Shown: positions 46,246 to 56,523 of the stretch, one piece after another
Layout: each line of letters opens with the position of its first letter
Position numbering within the stretch: the first letter of the stretch is position 1
NCBI GenBank assembly: GCA_964448725.1
Contig: CAYVAJ010000004.1
Coordinates: 17,535-81,534 of the forward strand
Direction: 5' to 3'
Length of the DNA stretch: 64,000 nucleotides
Source of the DNA: an uncultured Gammaproteobacteria bacterium
Lineage (GTDB): Bacteria > Patescibacteriota > Microgenomatia > Levybacterales > GWA1-39-11
Program-made: the position numbers and the translations under genes
Notes under the pieces: generated by a model
What the model was told of the DNA's origin: nothing
The model's input: the letters and a program-made list of their open reading frames with translations, nothing else
Databases searched by the model: none

Positions 46246-46902
46246 ATGGATAATGTAAATACTTTGTTGACGAGTACTGCCAATAGTGTACTTTTTTCCA
46301 TTGCTAATTTTATTCCTCGTTTTGTATCCGGATTAATTGTACTTCTTATTGGTATTATTCTTGCAACATTTTTAAAGCAAGTATTGCTTGAGCTTTTTAA
46401 ATTTATAAAGCTTGATCAAATGCTAAAGCGGTATGGAATTCCTGAGACAAAAGAAGGAATTGACTGGCCAAATATTCTCTCTGAGCTTGTACGATGGTTT
46501 GTAATCGTATTATTCTTAGTACCGGCAGCAGATGTATGGGGATTAGGACGTTTTACCGAGATATTAAATAATCTCTTGTTATATCTCCCTAATGTCTTTA
46601 TTGCGGTATTGTTACTGCTTGTTGGCTTTGCAATATCGAAATTAGTATATGATTTGCTTCGAGCATCAATTCATGGTCTGTCACCTGAAGCATCAAAATC
46701 AGTAGCAATAGTTGGTCGATGGTCAGTGCTTGTTTTTGTATTCCTAATTGCACTTAACCAACTCGGAATTGCAAGCGATTTGATCAGAATTCTCTTTACA
46801 GGAATAGTTGCAATGCTGGCAATTGCTGGTGGGCTTGCTTTTGGACTGGGTGGACAAGAAACTGCTCGTGAAATTTTAAATAAAATTAGAAAGAAGTTGT
46901 AA
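46246..46902 (+). CDS. Membrane protein with duplicated conserved TM-helix repeats (MscS N-terminal-like)
   Basis: 218 aa, preceded by GGAGGTG. Repeating FIPRFVSGLIVLLIGIILA / LPNVFIAVLLLLVGFAIS / ILFTGIVAMLAIAGG units. Confidence 0.4.
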   Translation: MDNVNTLLTSTANSVLFSIANFIPRFVSGLIVLLIGIILATFLKQVLLELFKFIKLDQMLKRYGIPETKEGIDWPNILSELVRWFVIVLFLVPAADVWGLGRFTEILNNLLLYLPNVFIAVLLLLVGFAISKLVYDLLRASIHGLSPEASKSVAIVGRWSVLVFVFLIALNQLGIASDLIRILFTGIVAMLAIAGGLAFGLGGQETAREILNKIRKKL

Positions 46903-46994
46903 GGAGAGAAGAAGCGTAATTAGATTGCAGTCTGGGGTAAAATCCAGTATAATTATTGTGTGCGAAATGGCCAGTAGTGCCACCTTACATAAGT

Positions 46995-47068
46995 GGCCCC
47001 ATCGTCTAGTGGCCTAGGACGTCGGGCTTTCATCCCGAAAATCGCGGGTTCGACTCCCGCTGGGGTCA
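46995..47068 (+). tRNA. tRNA-Glu (anticodon TTC), no encoded CCA
   Basis: Manual cloverleaf: acceptor GGCCCCA/TGGGGTC, D-arm GTCT-AGTGGCCTA-GGAC, anticodon arm TCGGG-CTTTCAT-CCCGA (TTC), T-arm GCGGG-TTCGACT-CCCGC, discriminator A. Confidence 0.8.
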
Positions 47069-47272
47069 CACTTCAGCAAGATAGTATATTGAATTTGGAC
47101 CCTATAGTAATTTGACAAACGTTTAATATTCCTGTATACTGAGTTTCGATTTAGATTAGAGCTTCAGTTATTCTTCCTTTTCAGGCAATAAATATTCTTG
47201 ATAGCTCGCTGATTGCGGTATCAGGCAATATGTATCTGCCATACATTTTTCAGTTTTTCTATTTCACACATT

Positions 47273-48496
47273 ATGTACAACAATAGATTTCGTAAATCGT
47301 CACGTGGTCGTGGGAGAAAAGCATTGAACAGACCAGATAATACCTATGGAAATAGGTTCTCTCAACCTGTCAGAAAAGCTCGAAAAATAACCAAGCTCGA
47401 TCATAATTTATTCATTAATCAGGCTGTAACAAACAACACTCCACTGCAAGTACAGGAAATAAAACATGTCTTTAATGATTTTGCAGTATGCGCTGAATTG
47501 AAAGGTAATATTGCTGCTAAAGGCTTTACTACGCCAACTCCTATACAAGATCAGGCAATTCCTGAAATATTAAAAGGTAGAGATGTAATCGGTATTGCAA
47601 ATACTGGAACTGGAAAAACTGCTGCATTTTTAATTCCTATCATTGACAAGATTTATAAAAACAAACAGGAGAAAGTGCTAATCGTAGCTCCGACACGTGA
47701 ACTTGCAATGCAAATTAACGAAGAATTCCGAGCATTTTCAAAAGGAATGCATATTTACTCAGCCCTAACTATTGGGGGAGCAAGTTTGAATCGACAGGTA
47801 CAAGAGCTGCGTCGTGGAGTACATGTGGTAATCGGCACTCCTGGACGACTCAAAGACTTGATTGGTAACCGTGCACTTGATCTTTCCCGATACCGTACTG
47901 TAATACTCGATGAAGTAGACCGGATGGTAGATATTGGGTTTATTAAAGATATTCAGTACTTAATTTCACTGATGCCAAAAGCACGTCATTCACTCTTTTT
48001 CTCAGCAACAATAACCGATAAAGTTGATGAAATATTACAGCAATTTGTCACAAATGCAGTGACAGTCTCAGTCAAGACAACCAGTACTGCTGAAACAGTT
48101 GAGCAGGATATTGTAAGAATCACCGATGGAAAATCAAAAGTAGATATATTACATGATCTGCTAATTACTGAAGGATTTGATAAAGTGATGGTATTCGGAC
48201 GAACAAAGTGGGGAATTGAAAAATTGACAAGACAGTTAATTGAAAGAGGATTCAAAGCAGCGTCTATTCATGGGAATAAAACCCAAGGGCAACGTCAACG
48301 TGCACTTAACTCATTTAAGAAAAATGAAATCTCTATTTTACTTGCAACTGATGTGGCCTCACGCGGTATTGATGTTGATGATGTATCACACGTTATTAAC
48401 TATGACGCACCAGAGTCCTATGATGACTACGTACACCGTATTGGCCGCACAGGACGTGCGAACAAAAGAGGTAAAGCGTTAACGTTTGTAGACTAG
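47273..48496 (+). CDS. DEAD-box ATP-dependent RNA helicase with an Arg-rich N-terminal extension
   Basis: Q-motif GFTTPTPIQ, motif I ANTGTGKT, DEVD (motif II), SAT, and HRIGRTGRA (motif VI). The ORF track's longest frame begins at 47213; the ATG at 47273 (MYNNRFRK) is preferred. Confidence 0.8.
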   Translation: MYNNRFRKSSRGRGRKALNRPDNTYGNRFSQPVRKARKITKLDHNLFINQAVTNNTPLQVQEIKHVFNDFAVCAELKGNIAAKGFTTPTPIQDQAIPEILKGRDVIGIANTGTGKTAAFLIPIIDKIYKNKQEKVLIVAPTRELAMQINEEFRAFSKGMHIYSALTIGGASLNRQVQELRRGVHVVIGTPGRLKDLIGNRALDLSRYRTVILDEVDRMVDIGFIKDIQYLISLMPKARHSLFFSATITDKVDEILQQFVTNAVTVSVKTTSTAETVEQDIVRITDGKSKVDILHDLLITEGFDKVMVFGRTKWGIEKLTRQLIERGFKAASIHGNKTQGQRQRALNSFKKNEISILLATDVASRGIDVDDVSHVINYDAPESYDDYVHRIGRTGRANKRGKALTFVD

Positions 48497-48502
48497 CTTT
48501 TT

Positions 48503-48545
48503 CAAAAAAAAGCGTCTATTTAACGACAAATAGACGCTCTTTTCT
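48503..48545 (+). terminator. Rho-independent terminator after the helicase gene
   Basis: AAAAAAAGCGTCTATTT-AACGAC-AAATAGACGCT followed by CTTTTCT. Confidence 0.65.
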
Positions 48546-48733
48546 AAAGGGCATAAAAGAGAAATTAGGCAAAGCCTAGAGCTCCTTTACGCCCTACAGA
48601 CACTGTAACACACAAATATTTCCCAGACAATATATCAAAATGTAAGAATTTGCATGCAGTGTTACTCTTGCCTTTTTTATGCGTAAAAAAAATGAAAATT
48701 TACCATATATAGTGTACAATTGGAGTTATTCTT

Positions 48734-49897
48734 ATGCGATTTTTCCTAAATAAGTATTCCGCTATTATCTTTTCTTTTTTACTCATGTTTCATATTGGAA
48801 GCAGCAGTGCTCATGCGCTGTTCGATCCGCTCTCAAGACCAAATAACATGTATGGAATGCATATTTTGTTCGATCATGAGTTATCTGATGCTGCATCACT
48901 TATTAATTCAAACGGTGGTGAGTGGGGATATGTCACGATTCCGATCCAGATGGGAGATTATGATCTGCAAAAATGGCAGCATTTCATGGATGACGCGCGT
49001 TCAAAAAAACTTATTCCTCTCGTACGCCTCATGACTGACCCTTATTGGGCAAATACCCATGTATGGCGCAAGCCAAAAACAATGGATATTATAGATATGG
49101 CAAATTTTCTTAACTCTCTCAATTGGCCGATAGAAAATAGATATATCATCGTTTTTAACGAAATGAACCGTTATGACGAGTGGGGCGGTGAATATCCAAA
49201 TCCAGAGGAATACGCAGATATTCTAGATACAACAATCTCAGTTTTTAAAGAACGTAATCAGGACTTTTACATGATTATGGGAGGGCTGGATAACGCAGCA
49301 CCAAATGACAGTCAACATATGTCCTCATTTACATACCTAGAACGTATGGCAAGATATAAGCCTGAAGTTTTTAAGAGAATAGATGGGTTTTCAAGTCACT
49401 CGTATCCTAATCCAGGTTTTTCACAACCGCCATCTAGTACAGATAGAATGGGAACTGCGACATATAAATTCGAGTATGAATTTATTTCACAGGTAGCAGG
49501 AAGTAAAAAACCAGTATTTATTACTGAAACAGGATGGGATGCACAAAAAGTATCTGAAGAAACCATTGCGCAGTATTATCAACAAACATTCACAGAAATA
49601 TGGGGGCAAGACGCAGATAAAATCGTTGCTGTTACACCATTTTTATTAAAGTCACATGGAGGATTTAACCAGTTTGCCTTTTACAAAAATGGAGAAAGAA
49701 CAAAATATTACGATGTCTTTTTTAATCAAAAAAAAATTGCAGGTACTCCGATCATTCAACATAGTCAGCTTACAGCACAGCTGCCAATATTACCTGAAAT
49801 AAAAGGAATAGATTCACATATTGCACAAGAAGTATCATCTCCATTGGAGATGTCAACGCCGTTAAAAGAGTATTTTAAGACAATACTTGGCATATAA
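48734..49897 (+). CDS. Secreted GH-A clan (GH5-like) glycoside hydrolase
   Basis: 387 aa. Signal peptide MRFFLNKYSAIIFSFLLMFHIGSSSAHA. VFNEMNR (NE acid/base) and ITETGW (TE nucleophile) spaced as in GH5 TIM barrels. Confidence 0.5.
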   Translation: MRFFLNKYSAIIFSFLLMFHIGSSSAHALFDPLSRPNNMYGMHILFDHELSDAASLINSNGGEWGYVTIPIQMGDYDLQKWQHFMDDARSKKLIPLVRLMTDPYWANTHVWRKPKTMDIIDMANFLNSLNWPIENRYIIVFNEMNRYDEWGGEYPNPEEYADILDTTISVFKERNQDFYMIMGGLDNAAPNDSQHMSSFTYLERMARYKPEVFKRIDGFSSHSYPNPGFSQPPSSTDRMGTATYKFEYEFISQVAGSKKPVFITETGWDAQKVSEETIAQYYQQTFTEIWGQDADKIVAVTPFLLKSHGGFNQFAFYKNGERTKYYDVFFNQKKIAGTPIIQHSQLTAQLPILPEIKGIDSHIAQEVSSPLEMSTPLKEYFKTILGI

Positions 49898-49929
49898 CCA
49901 AATTATTCATATTACTGTATAACTAATCA

Positions 49930-50340
49930 ATGGCTCGAAGAAAAACTACCACAGTACGTTTAGAATGGATGGAAGATCCGGACATTCAAATACAGATAAA
50001 TCATCTGATTCATACACTTGAGTTAACACACCTGCGTGCTGATAGAATTTTGTGTTACAGAACTACTGGATCATCTGCCCGTGCGTATGCCCGTATATGG
50101 TCCTTTCCAAAAATTTTCCAGCATGCACTGCACTTAGAACCTGCATATGTGATTGAGGTGATATCAGAAAAATATGATCGTCTACCCGACGATAAAAAAT
50201 TGCAAGTATTAATTCATGAGCTGCTTCACATTCCTAAAAATTTTTCAGGAAGTCTTCTCCCACATAAATTTGGTAAAACTACGATTGACAGAGAAGTCGC
50301 ACGGTTATACAAAGAGTTTAGGGAAAGGAGTAAAAAATAG
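49930..50340 (+). CDS. Putative small zinc metallopeptidase (HExxH; SprT/DUF45-like)
   Basis: 136 aa with IHELLHIPKN. Confidence 0.3.
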   Translation: MARRKTTTVRLEWMEDPDIQIQINHLIHTLELTHLRADRILCYRTTGSSARAYARIWSFPKIFQHALHLEPAYVIEVISEKYDRLPDDKKLQVLIHELLHIPKNFSGSLLPHKFGKTTIDREVARLYKEFRERSKK

Positions 50341-50398
50341 TTCACTGTTCACAGTTCACGGTATAATGGTTAATAAGCTATTGCTGTGAACTTGCATT

Positions 50399-51082
50399 AT
50401 GTACATCATTCACGGAGAAAATACAGGAGAGTCACGAAAAAAGCTTGATGAGATCCTCGCAGGCAAAACAAATATAAAGAGAGTCGATGGAAAAAAACTG
50501 CGTGAGGATGAGATCCAGATGCTCTTTGCAGCAACAGAGTTATTTGCACAAGAAAAAGTAATAGTAATAGAAAATTGCAAAGGACTTACAAAACCAATTT
50601 TGACATCACTTCTTTCTGCGTATCCCACTTCAGAAGCAGAACTTATTCTCTGGCAAGACGGAAATTATGATGCACGACTTATTAAAAAGTTTAACGATGC
50701 CAAAGTATTTGCATTTCCGTTGCCAAAATATTACTTTGTCTTTTTAGACAATCTTATGCCCAAAAAAGGAAATCAACTCCACGAAACATATCAAAAATTA
50801 CTTGAATCATTTGTACCTGAACAAATATTTTTTTCTTTGATAAAACGAGTGAGACAGTTATTAATTATCAAAACTGCTAATATGAACGAATTTGAAGAGT
50901 TTGCCAAAATGAATTCATGGCAGCGAAATAAGCTAGAGGCACAGGCACGAGCGTGGAGTGAACAATCACTCAAATCATTTTATGCCTCGCTATATAGAAC
51001 AGAAACAGCACTTAAGACAAGCAACATCCCTACAAATCTTGGAAAGCATATTGACATTCTATTGCTCACTGAGTTACATTAG
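50399..51082 (+). CDS. holA: DNA polymerase III delta subunit-like (short HolA)
   Basis: 227 aa. MYIIHGENTGESRKKLDEI...LFA..ELFAQEKVIVIEN resembles the HolA N-terminal pattern. Confidence 0.45.
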   Translation: MYIIHGENTGESRKKLDEILAGKTNIKRVDGKKLREDEIQMLFAATELFAQEKVIVIENCKGLTKPILTSLLSAYPTSEAELILWQDGNYDARLIKKFNDAKVFAFPLPKYYFVFLDNLMPKKGNQLHETYQKLLESFVPEQIFFSLIKRVRQLLIIKTANMNEFEEFAKMNSWQRNKLEAQARAWSEQSLKSFYASLYRTETALKTSNIPTNLGKHIDILLLTELH

Positions 51083-51092
51083 ATGGAGTTTC

Positions 51093-52490
51093 ATGAACAT
51101 CCCATCACATATCTTCAAAAGTTACGATATTCGCGGAATATATCCTGATGAAATCAGCGAAGAAAACTTTGCAGGAATAATAACGGCAATCTATATCTTT
51201 TTTACAAAAAAACTTGGTAAAGACCGTGTTCAAGTTGCTCTTGGTCATGACATGCGGCTTTCATCTCCTGCGTTACATAAGATTGCACGAGACACACTCG
51301 TGAATTGTGGAGCAGATGTCGTTGATCTTGGACTCGTTTCTACACCCACATTTTACTACGCAGTCTCAAATTACAATTATGAAACAGGTATAGAGATTAC
51401 TGCTTCTCATAATCCAAAAAATTATAATGGAATTAAATATGTGATTAGAGGAGAGAATGGATTAATTAAAATTGGTAAACCAACTGGTATGGAGGAAGTA
51501 AAGAATCTTGCACTTGAAGGTGTATCACACGAAGCAAATGAAAAAGGTTCTGTCACTGAAAAGCAGTCAATTATTGCTGATGAAGTAAAGAGCGCAATTG
51601 AAGCATTTGGCAATCCTCAGCTTAAAAGTTTCAAGATAATTGCAGATCCAGCTAACGCAATGGGTATTACCTATCTTGAGGAATTAGAAAAAGCTATTCC
51701 TATGGATTTAGAAAAAATGAATTTTACGCTTGATGGAAGTTTTCCAGTACACCAACCAGACCCTATGCAGCCAGAGAACTTAGCTGACATTCAAAATAAA
51801 ATGCGAGAAGGACAGTTTGATATAGGATTAGCACCAGATGGTGATGGTGACAGGCTATATATCTTGGATGAAAAAGGAGAAGTTGTTCGGCCGTCTGTCA
51901 TTACCAGTATGCTGGCAAAAGAGTTATTTAAACAATACCCTGATAGAAAAGTTGTAGTAGATCAAAAATATATTCTCACTGCACAAAAAAATATTGAATC
52001 AATGGGCGGGGAAGTTATTCCGACTAAGACTGGTCATGCATTTATAACCGAAGAGTTAAATAATTCAGGGGCACTTTTTGCAGGAGAAGCATCAGCACAT
52101 TATTACTATAAATTTACTGGAAATGCTGAATCACAAGTAATGACTATTATTGGCGTACTCAAAATAATGTCAGAGGAAAACAAGCCATTATCTGAAATAG
52201 CAGCTGAATTTATTCACAGTGTTGAAACCGGAGAAATTAACTTTGAAGTCGAAAATGCACAAGAAATTCTTGATACGGTAAAAAATCAATATCAAGATGC
52301 AGAACTCTCAACTATGGATGGTATTACCTTAAGTTATCCAGATATGCGCATTTCTCTTCGCAGTTCAAATACAGAACCCTTACTTCGACTGAATATTGAA
52401 GGACTGGACAATGAAAAAGTAGAAGAAGTAAAAAATAATGTTATTTCTATCATTACGAATGCAGGAGGTCGTACTCCAAGCGGGCACTAA
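51093..52490 (+). CDS. Phosphomannomutase/phosphoglucomutase
   Basis: KSYDIRGIYPDEI at the N-terminus. TASHNPKNYNGIKY active-site serine loop. GDGDRLYILDE metal-binding loop. The ORF track frame (50958) extends upstream; the ATG at 51093 (MNIPSHIF) is preferred. Confidence 0.75.
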   Translation: MNIPSHIFKSYDIRGIYPDEISEENFAGIITAIYIFFTKKLGKDRVQVALGHDMRLSSPALHKIARDTLVNCGADVVDLGLVSTPTFYYAVSNYNYETGIEITASHNPKNYNGIKYVIRGENGLIKIGKPTGMEEVKNLALEGVSHEANEKGSVTEKQSIIADEVKSAIEAFGNPQLKSFKIIADPANAMGITYLEELEKAIPMDLEKMNFTLDGSFPVHQPDPMQPENLADIQNKMREGQFDIGLAPDGDGDRLYILDEKGEVVRPSVITSMLAKELFKQYPDRKVVVDQKYILTAQKNIESMGGEVIPTKTGHAFITEELNNSGALFAGEASAHYYYKFTGNAESQVMTIIGVLKIMSEENKPLSEIAAEFIHSVETGEINFEVENAQEILDTVKNQYQDAELSTMDGITLSYPDMRISLRSSNTEPLLRLNIEGLDNEKVEEVKNNVISIITNAGGRTPSGH

Positions 52491-52492
52491 TT

Positions 52493-52936
52493 ATGGCAGA
52501 TCAAGATTATTCTTCGTTTAAAAAAGCACCATTTTCAAATGACTCATATGTGCGAAAAATCGATAAACCATGGGGATGGGAAATTCATTGGACTCCTGAT
52601 AATCTGCCGTATATGGGAAAAGTGCTACATGTAAATGCAGGAAAAAAACTATCATTGCAAGTACATGATCAAAAGCAGGAGTCATGGTTCTTAATCAATG
52701 GGCGTGCAAAAGCGCTGTGGGACAATGATGCAGGAGAGTTAATAGAGACAGAACTTGAACCAGGCAAAGGATATACACTGCAGGTAGGACAACGCCATCG
52801 GCTGATCGGTATTACTGATTGTGATGTGGTTGAAGTTTCAACTCCTGAAATTGGTACGACATTTAGACTTGAAGATGACTACAAACGACCTGATGAAACA
52901 GAAGAAGTAAGAGCAAAAGATAGAGGATTGGTGTAA
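52493..52936 (+). CDS. Cupin-domain mannose-6-phosphate isomerase (type II C-terminal-domain-like)
   Basis: 147 aa. KPWGWEIHW...LQVHDQKQESWFLINGRAKA is a cupin_2 / MPI pattern. Confidence 0.55.
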   Translation: MADQDYSSFKKAPFSNDSYVRKIDKPWGWEIHWTPDNLPYMGKVLHVNAGKKLSLQVHDQKQESWFLINGRAKALWDNDAGELIETELEPGKGYTLQVGQRHRLIGITDCDVVEVSTPEIGTTFRLEDDYKRPDETEEVRAKDRGLV

Positions 52937-53033
52937 GTAATTGTTAGATTGTTCTCTTGTTCAATTGCTGGGTAAAATACAATTTTAGATTATTAACAAT
53001 ATAACAATTTAACAATACAGCAATAAATTTTCC

Positions 53034-54077
53034 ATGAAAAACTTCAATGATTTAGAGGCAATACAAAAAATAGATCCACAAGATACGCTTGGTTCAACAG
53101 AGCTTGCAGTAAAACAATTTGAGACAGCGTGGCAAGAAATCCAGTCAATTCAGATTACTGAGGATTACAGCGGCGTTAAAGCAGTAGTATTTTGTGGAAT
53201 GGGTGCTTCAATCTATGGTGCGTTAGTAGTAAAAGCACTTGAAGGCGCAAATTTTGCATATCCTACAGAAATTGTTACTGATTACCATCTTCCTTCATAT
53301 GTTGACGCAAATACACTCATAGTACTTACCAGTTACTCAGGCAGTACTGAAGAAGTCCTATCTTGTGCTAAAGAAGCACAGGAAATGGGTGCAAAAATGG
53401 TAGTGTTGACCAAAGGAGGAAAACTAGCACAGTTTGCACAGGAGAATAATGTTCCATCATATATATTTGATGGAAAAATGAATCCTGCAGGGGTTCCAAG
53501 ACTTGGCAATGGATATTCAATTTTTGGTTTGCTTGGACTATTGCACAAAATTGGCATTATAACGCTTGACTTATCGGTAATAGAAAAGGCTATTTCCTAT
53601 GGACAGGAAAATCAATCAAGGATAAAAGAACAGGCACAAGCAGATGTACAAAAATTTGCTGATACAATTCCGGTTATATTTGCCGCAGAGCATTTATCAG
53701 GAAATGCACAAATTTTACGAAATCAGTTCAATGAGACAAGTAAGACATTTTCAGCATACTACTTAGTTCCAGATCTCAATCATCATTTGATGGAAGGTCT
53801 CGCATTTCCAAAAGACATGCCTGTCACATTTTTTATACTGAATAGTAACAATTACTCAGACAAAATTAAAAAGCGTATGGAGTTAACTGTTGATGTAGTA
53901 CGACAAAATAATGGAACAGTTGTTGAATATACGGCAAACGGTTCAAATGTATTTCAGGATTTTGTAGAAGTACTCCTGTACGGAAGTTATCTTACGCTGT
54001 ATCTAGGACTTTATTACGATCAAAACCCTGCAATTAACCCTTGGGTAGACTACTTCAAAGATAAACTATCACAATAG
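53034..54077 (+). CDS. Bifunctional phosphoglucose/phosphomannose isomerase (SIS domain)
   Basis: 347 aa. SIS motif VVFCGMGASIYGALVVKAL. The C-terminal region is typical of archaeal-type PGI/PMI. Confidence 0.55.
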   Translation: MKNFNDLEAIQKIDPQDTLGSTELAVKQFETAWQEIQSIQITEDYSGVKAVVFCGMGASIYGALVVKALEGANFAYPTEIVTDYHLPSYVDANTLIVLTSYSGSTEEVLSCAKEAQEMGAKMVVLTKGGKLAQFAQENNVPSYIFDGKMNPAGVPRLGNGYSIFGLLGLLHKIGIITLDLSVIEKAISYGQENQSRIKEQAQADVQKFADTIPVIFAAEHLSGNAQILRNQFNETSKTFSAYYLVPDLNHHLMEGLAFPKDMPVTFFILNSNNYSDKIKKRMELTVDVVRQNNGTVVEYTANGSNVFQDFVEVLLYGSYLTLYLGLYYDQNPAINPWVDYFKDKLSQ

Positions 54078-54258
54078 ATCGCACCTATAGTAGGATATTG
54101 ATTACTTATTATTGATTATTGGATATTTTAAATTACTCTTACACCTTATGCCCTAAACCTAAAAACCTAATCTATAGTCCCCAATCAATAATCTACAATC
54201 AATAGAATATAATCTCCAGGGCTTGATTTTTTGTTATCAATTTGACCATACTAACAGT

Positions 54259-56523
54259 ATGGTACGACCTTCAGATTTTGTAGTGTGGTTAGAAGATGTC
54301 GATAGAGAAGATACTCCACTTATCGGTGAGAAAGCAGCAAATCTTGGCGAGATGATACAGGCGGGTTTTCCAGTTCCTGCTGGTTTTGCCATTACAACCA
54401 CTGCCTACACTCAGTTTTTACGCACTAACAAGCTTGAGAAACCAATCCTGCATCTCTTAAACACAATAAATTATAATGACCCTAACTCTATCAGACAGGT
54501 ATCTGCCCATATTAAAAAGTTAATTACGCATGCATCGCTCCCAGATGAGTTAAATAAACGTATTTTTGATTACTATGAAAGAATAGACAGAAGAAATACT
54601 GCTCCTCCAGTTGCGATTCGTTCATCAGTAATCTTTGGAAGCACCAATGTCGTACCAGTTGACCAACAAACATTCTTGAATGTGCATGGAGAAGCATCAG
54701 TGCTACACATGATCCGAGAAGCGTGGGCAGGACTTTTTGATACACAAGCAATTTCCTATTATCATCACAATCGAGTCGATCACCTGAAGACAAAAATATC
54801 ACTTGTTGTACAGAAGATGGTTGAATCAGAAACAAGTGGTGTTATCTTTACAAGAGATCCAGTAACAAACAACAAAAATACGATTGTAATCGAAGCAATA
54901 TATGGACTAGGAGAGCTTGCTGTACAAGGAAAAGTAACTCCTGATCAGTATAAGGTTGATAAAAAAGATCTCACAATTTATGAGAAAAATATTGCTGACC
55001 AAAAAGAGATGCTTGTGAAAGCGAGAACACAAAACAAGCAAATATCAGTACCCCGCAAGCTTATCAACAAGCAGAAGATAACAGATGATGATATTCTAAC
55101 GCTTGCAAACTATGCAAAAAAACTGGAAAAACAGTATTACTTTCCGCAAGACAGTGAATGGGCAAAGGAGAGTGGAAAAATTTTTATTGTACAGACCCGT
55201 CCTCTTACAACATCCCCAGTATCTCAAACTGCCAAGTCTGGTTCATCAAAATTATCAGTAACACAAGCGCGAGTAAAACCCTTGCTTGTTGGGGATGGAG
55301 TAAGTCCGGGGATTGCAATTGGTTCGGTTCGAATTGTGAAGTCTTCCAAAGATCTTGGAAAAGTAAAAAGAGGTGATATTCTTGTGACTGATTTTACTAC
55401 TGCAGAATTTTTACCTGCAATGCGTAGGGCCGCAGGTATTGTATCCCAAAAGGGTGGACGAACATCCCATACTGCAATGACTTCACGGCAGCTAGGTATT
55501 CCTGCAATAGTCGGTGCCTCTCATGCGCTGAGAATATTGAAAGATGGGATGATAGTAACTATCCAAGGAAAAACAGGCGAAATAATGCAAGGAAGTTTAA
55601 AAAATGAGAAAACATTTTCTCGTACTGTTCATCATGAACTTCCTACCAATACATCTGTCTTAGCATCTTTGGTTGATTCTCAGAATGTTGAAAAAACTGC
55701 ATTATTACCGTTTGACGGAGTTGGTCTCTTACACGCTGAGGAAATTATTTCAGATCTCGGTATACATCCGAAAAAATTACTCCATGAAAGAAAAGGTAAT
55801 GAATATGTCATGAATCTTGCTGAAGGAATTGGCAGAGTATGTAAAGCATTTTATCCTCGTCCAGTTATATTTCGCACAACAGATTTTACGACTGATGAAT
55901 ACCGAAGTCTGATCGGCGGAAAAGAATTTGAACCGCAAGAACCAAATCCTTCATTAGGGTATCGTGGTGCGTATCGTTACATAAGTGATCCTCGAGTGTT
56001 TGAGTTAGAACTCCGTGCTATCCAGAGGGTACGGGAAAAAATGGGCTTCAATAACCTCCAATTGATGGTACCATTTGTTCGTACTGTCCGTGAGCTTGAA
56101 CATGTTAAAAAAGCGATAAATGCAACAGGCATGAGGCGTAGCAGCACTTTTAAATTGTTTATGATGTGTGAAATTCCTTCTAATGTTATATTGATGGAGG
56201 ACTATTTACGTGTTGGGATTGATGGAGTATCAATTGGTTTAGATGATTTAACAACCTTATTACTTGGAACTGATAAAAATAATGATGAGATTTCACAAGA
56301 GTTTGATGAACGTAATCCTGCAGTGTTATGGGCACTTGAACAAGTAATACGTACGTGCGTTAGGCGCGAAGTTCCAGTCTCTATCTGCGGTACAGCACCA
56401 TCACGCTATCCCGATTTTGTTGAAAAACTGATAGAATGGGGAATAAATAGTATTACGGTATCACCTGACGCAGTTGATATAACTCGTGAGTATATATATA
56501 AAGCTGAAAAGAAAAATATATGA
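54259..56523 (+). CDS. ppsA: Phosphoenolpyruvate synthase / PEP-utilizing dikinase
   Basis: LIGEKAANLGEMIQAGFPVPAGFAITTTAY (ATP-grasp N-domain). GGRTSHTAMTSRQLGIPAIVG (phospho-His domain). C-terminal PEP-binding TIM barrel. The ORF track frame begins at TTG 54223; the ATG at 54259 is preferred. Confidence 0.8.
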   Translation: MVRPSDFVVWLEDVDREDTPLIGEKAANLGEMIQAGFPVPAGFAITTTAYTQFLRTNKLEKPILHLLNTINYNDPNSIRQVSAHIKKLITHASLPDELNKRIFDYYERIDRRNTAPPVAIRSSVIFGSTNVVPVDQQTFLNVHGEASVLHMIREAWAGLFDTQAISYYHHNRVDHLKTKISLVVQKMVESETSGVIFTRDPVTNNKNTIVIEAIYGLGELAVQGKVTPDQYKVDKKDLTIYEKNIADQKEMLVKARTQNKQISVPRKLINKQKITDDDILTLANYAKKLEKQYYFPQDSEWAKESGKIFIVQTRPLTTSPVSQTAKSGSSKLSVTQARVKPLLVGDGVSPGIAIGSVRIVKSSKDLGKVKRGDILVTDFTTAEFLPAMRRAAGIVSQKGGRTSHTAMTSRQLGIPAIVGASHALRILKDGMIVTIQGKTGEIMQGSLKNEKTFSRTVHHELPTNTSVLASLVDSQNVEKTALLPFDGVGLLHAEEIISDLGIHPKKLLHERKGNEYVMNLAEGIGRVCKAFYPRPVIFRTTDFTTDEYRSLIGGKEFEPQEPNPSLGYRGAYRYISDPRVFELELRAIQRVREKMGFNNLQLMVPFVRTVRELEHVKKAINATGMRRSSTFKLFMMCEIPSNVILMEDYLRVGIDGVSIGLDDLTTLLLGTDKNNDEISQEFDERNPAVLWALEQVIRTCVRREVPVSICGTAPSRYPDFVEKLIEWGINSITVSPDAVDITREYIYKAEKKNI

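Noticed and set aside
47213-47272. Upstream extension of the DEAD-box helicase ORF (MRYQAICICHTFFSFSISHI...)
   Set aside because: The extension is hydrophobic nonsense lacking an RBS context. The internal ATG at 47273 begins the Arg-rich tail typical of these helicases.
54223-54258. TTG-initiated N-terminal extension of the PEP synthase ORF
   Set aside because: It is a non-ATG start in an AT-rich spacer. The conserved PpsA N-terminus begins at the ATG at 54259.
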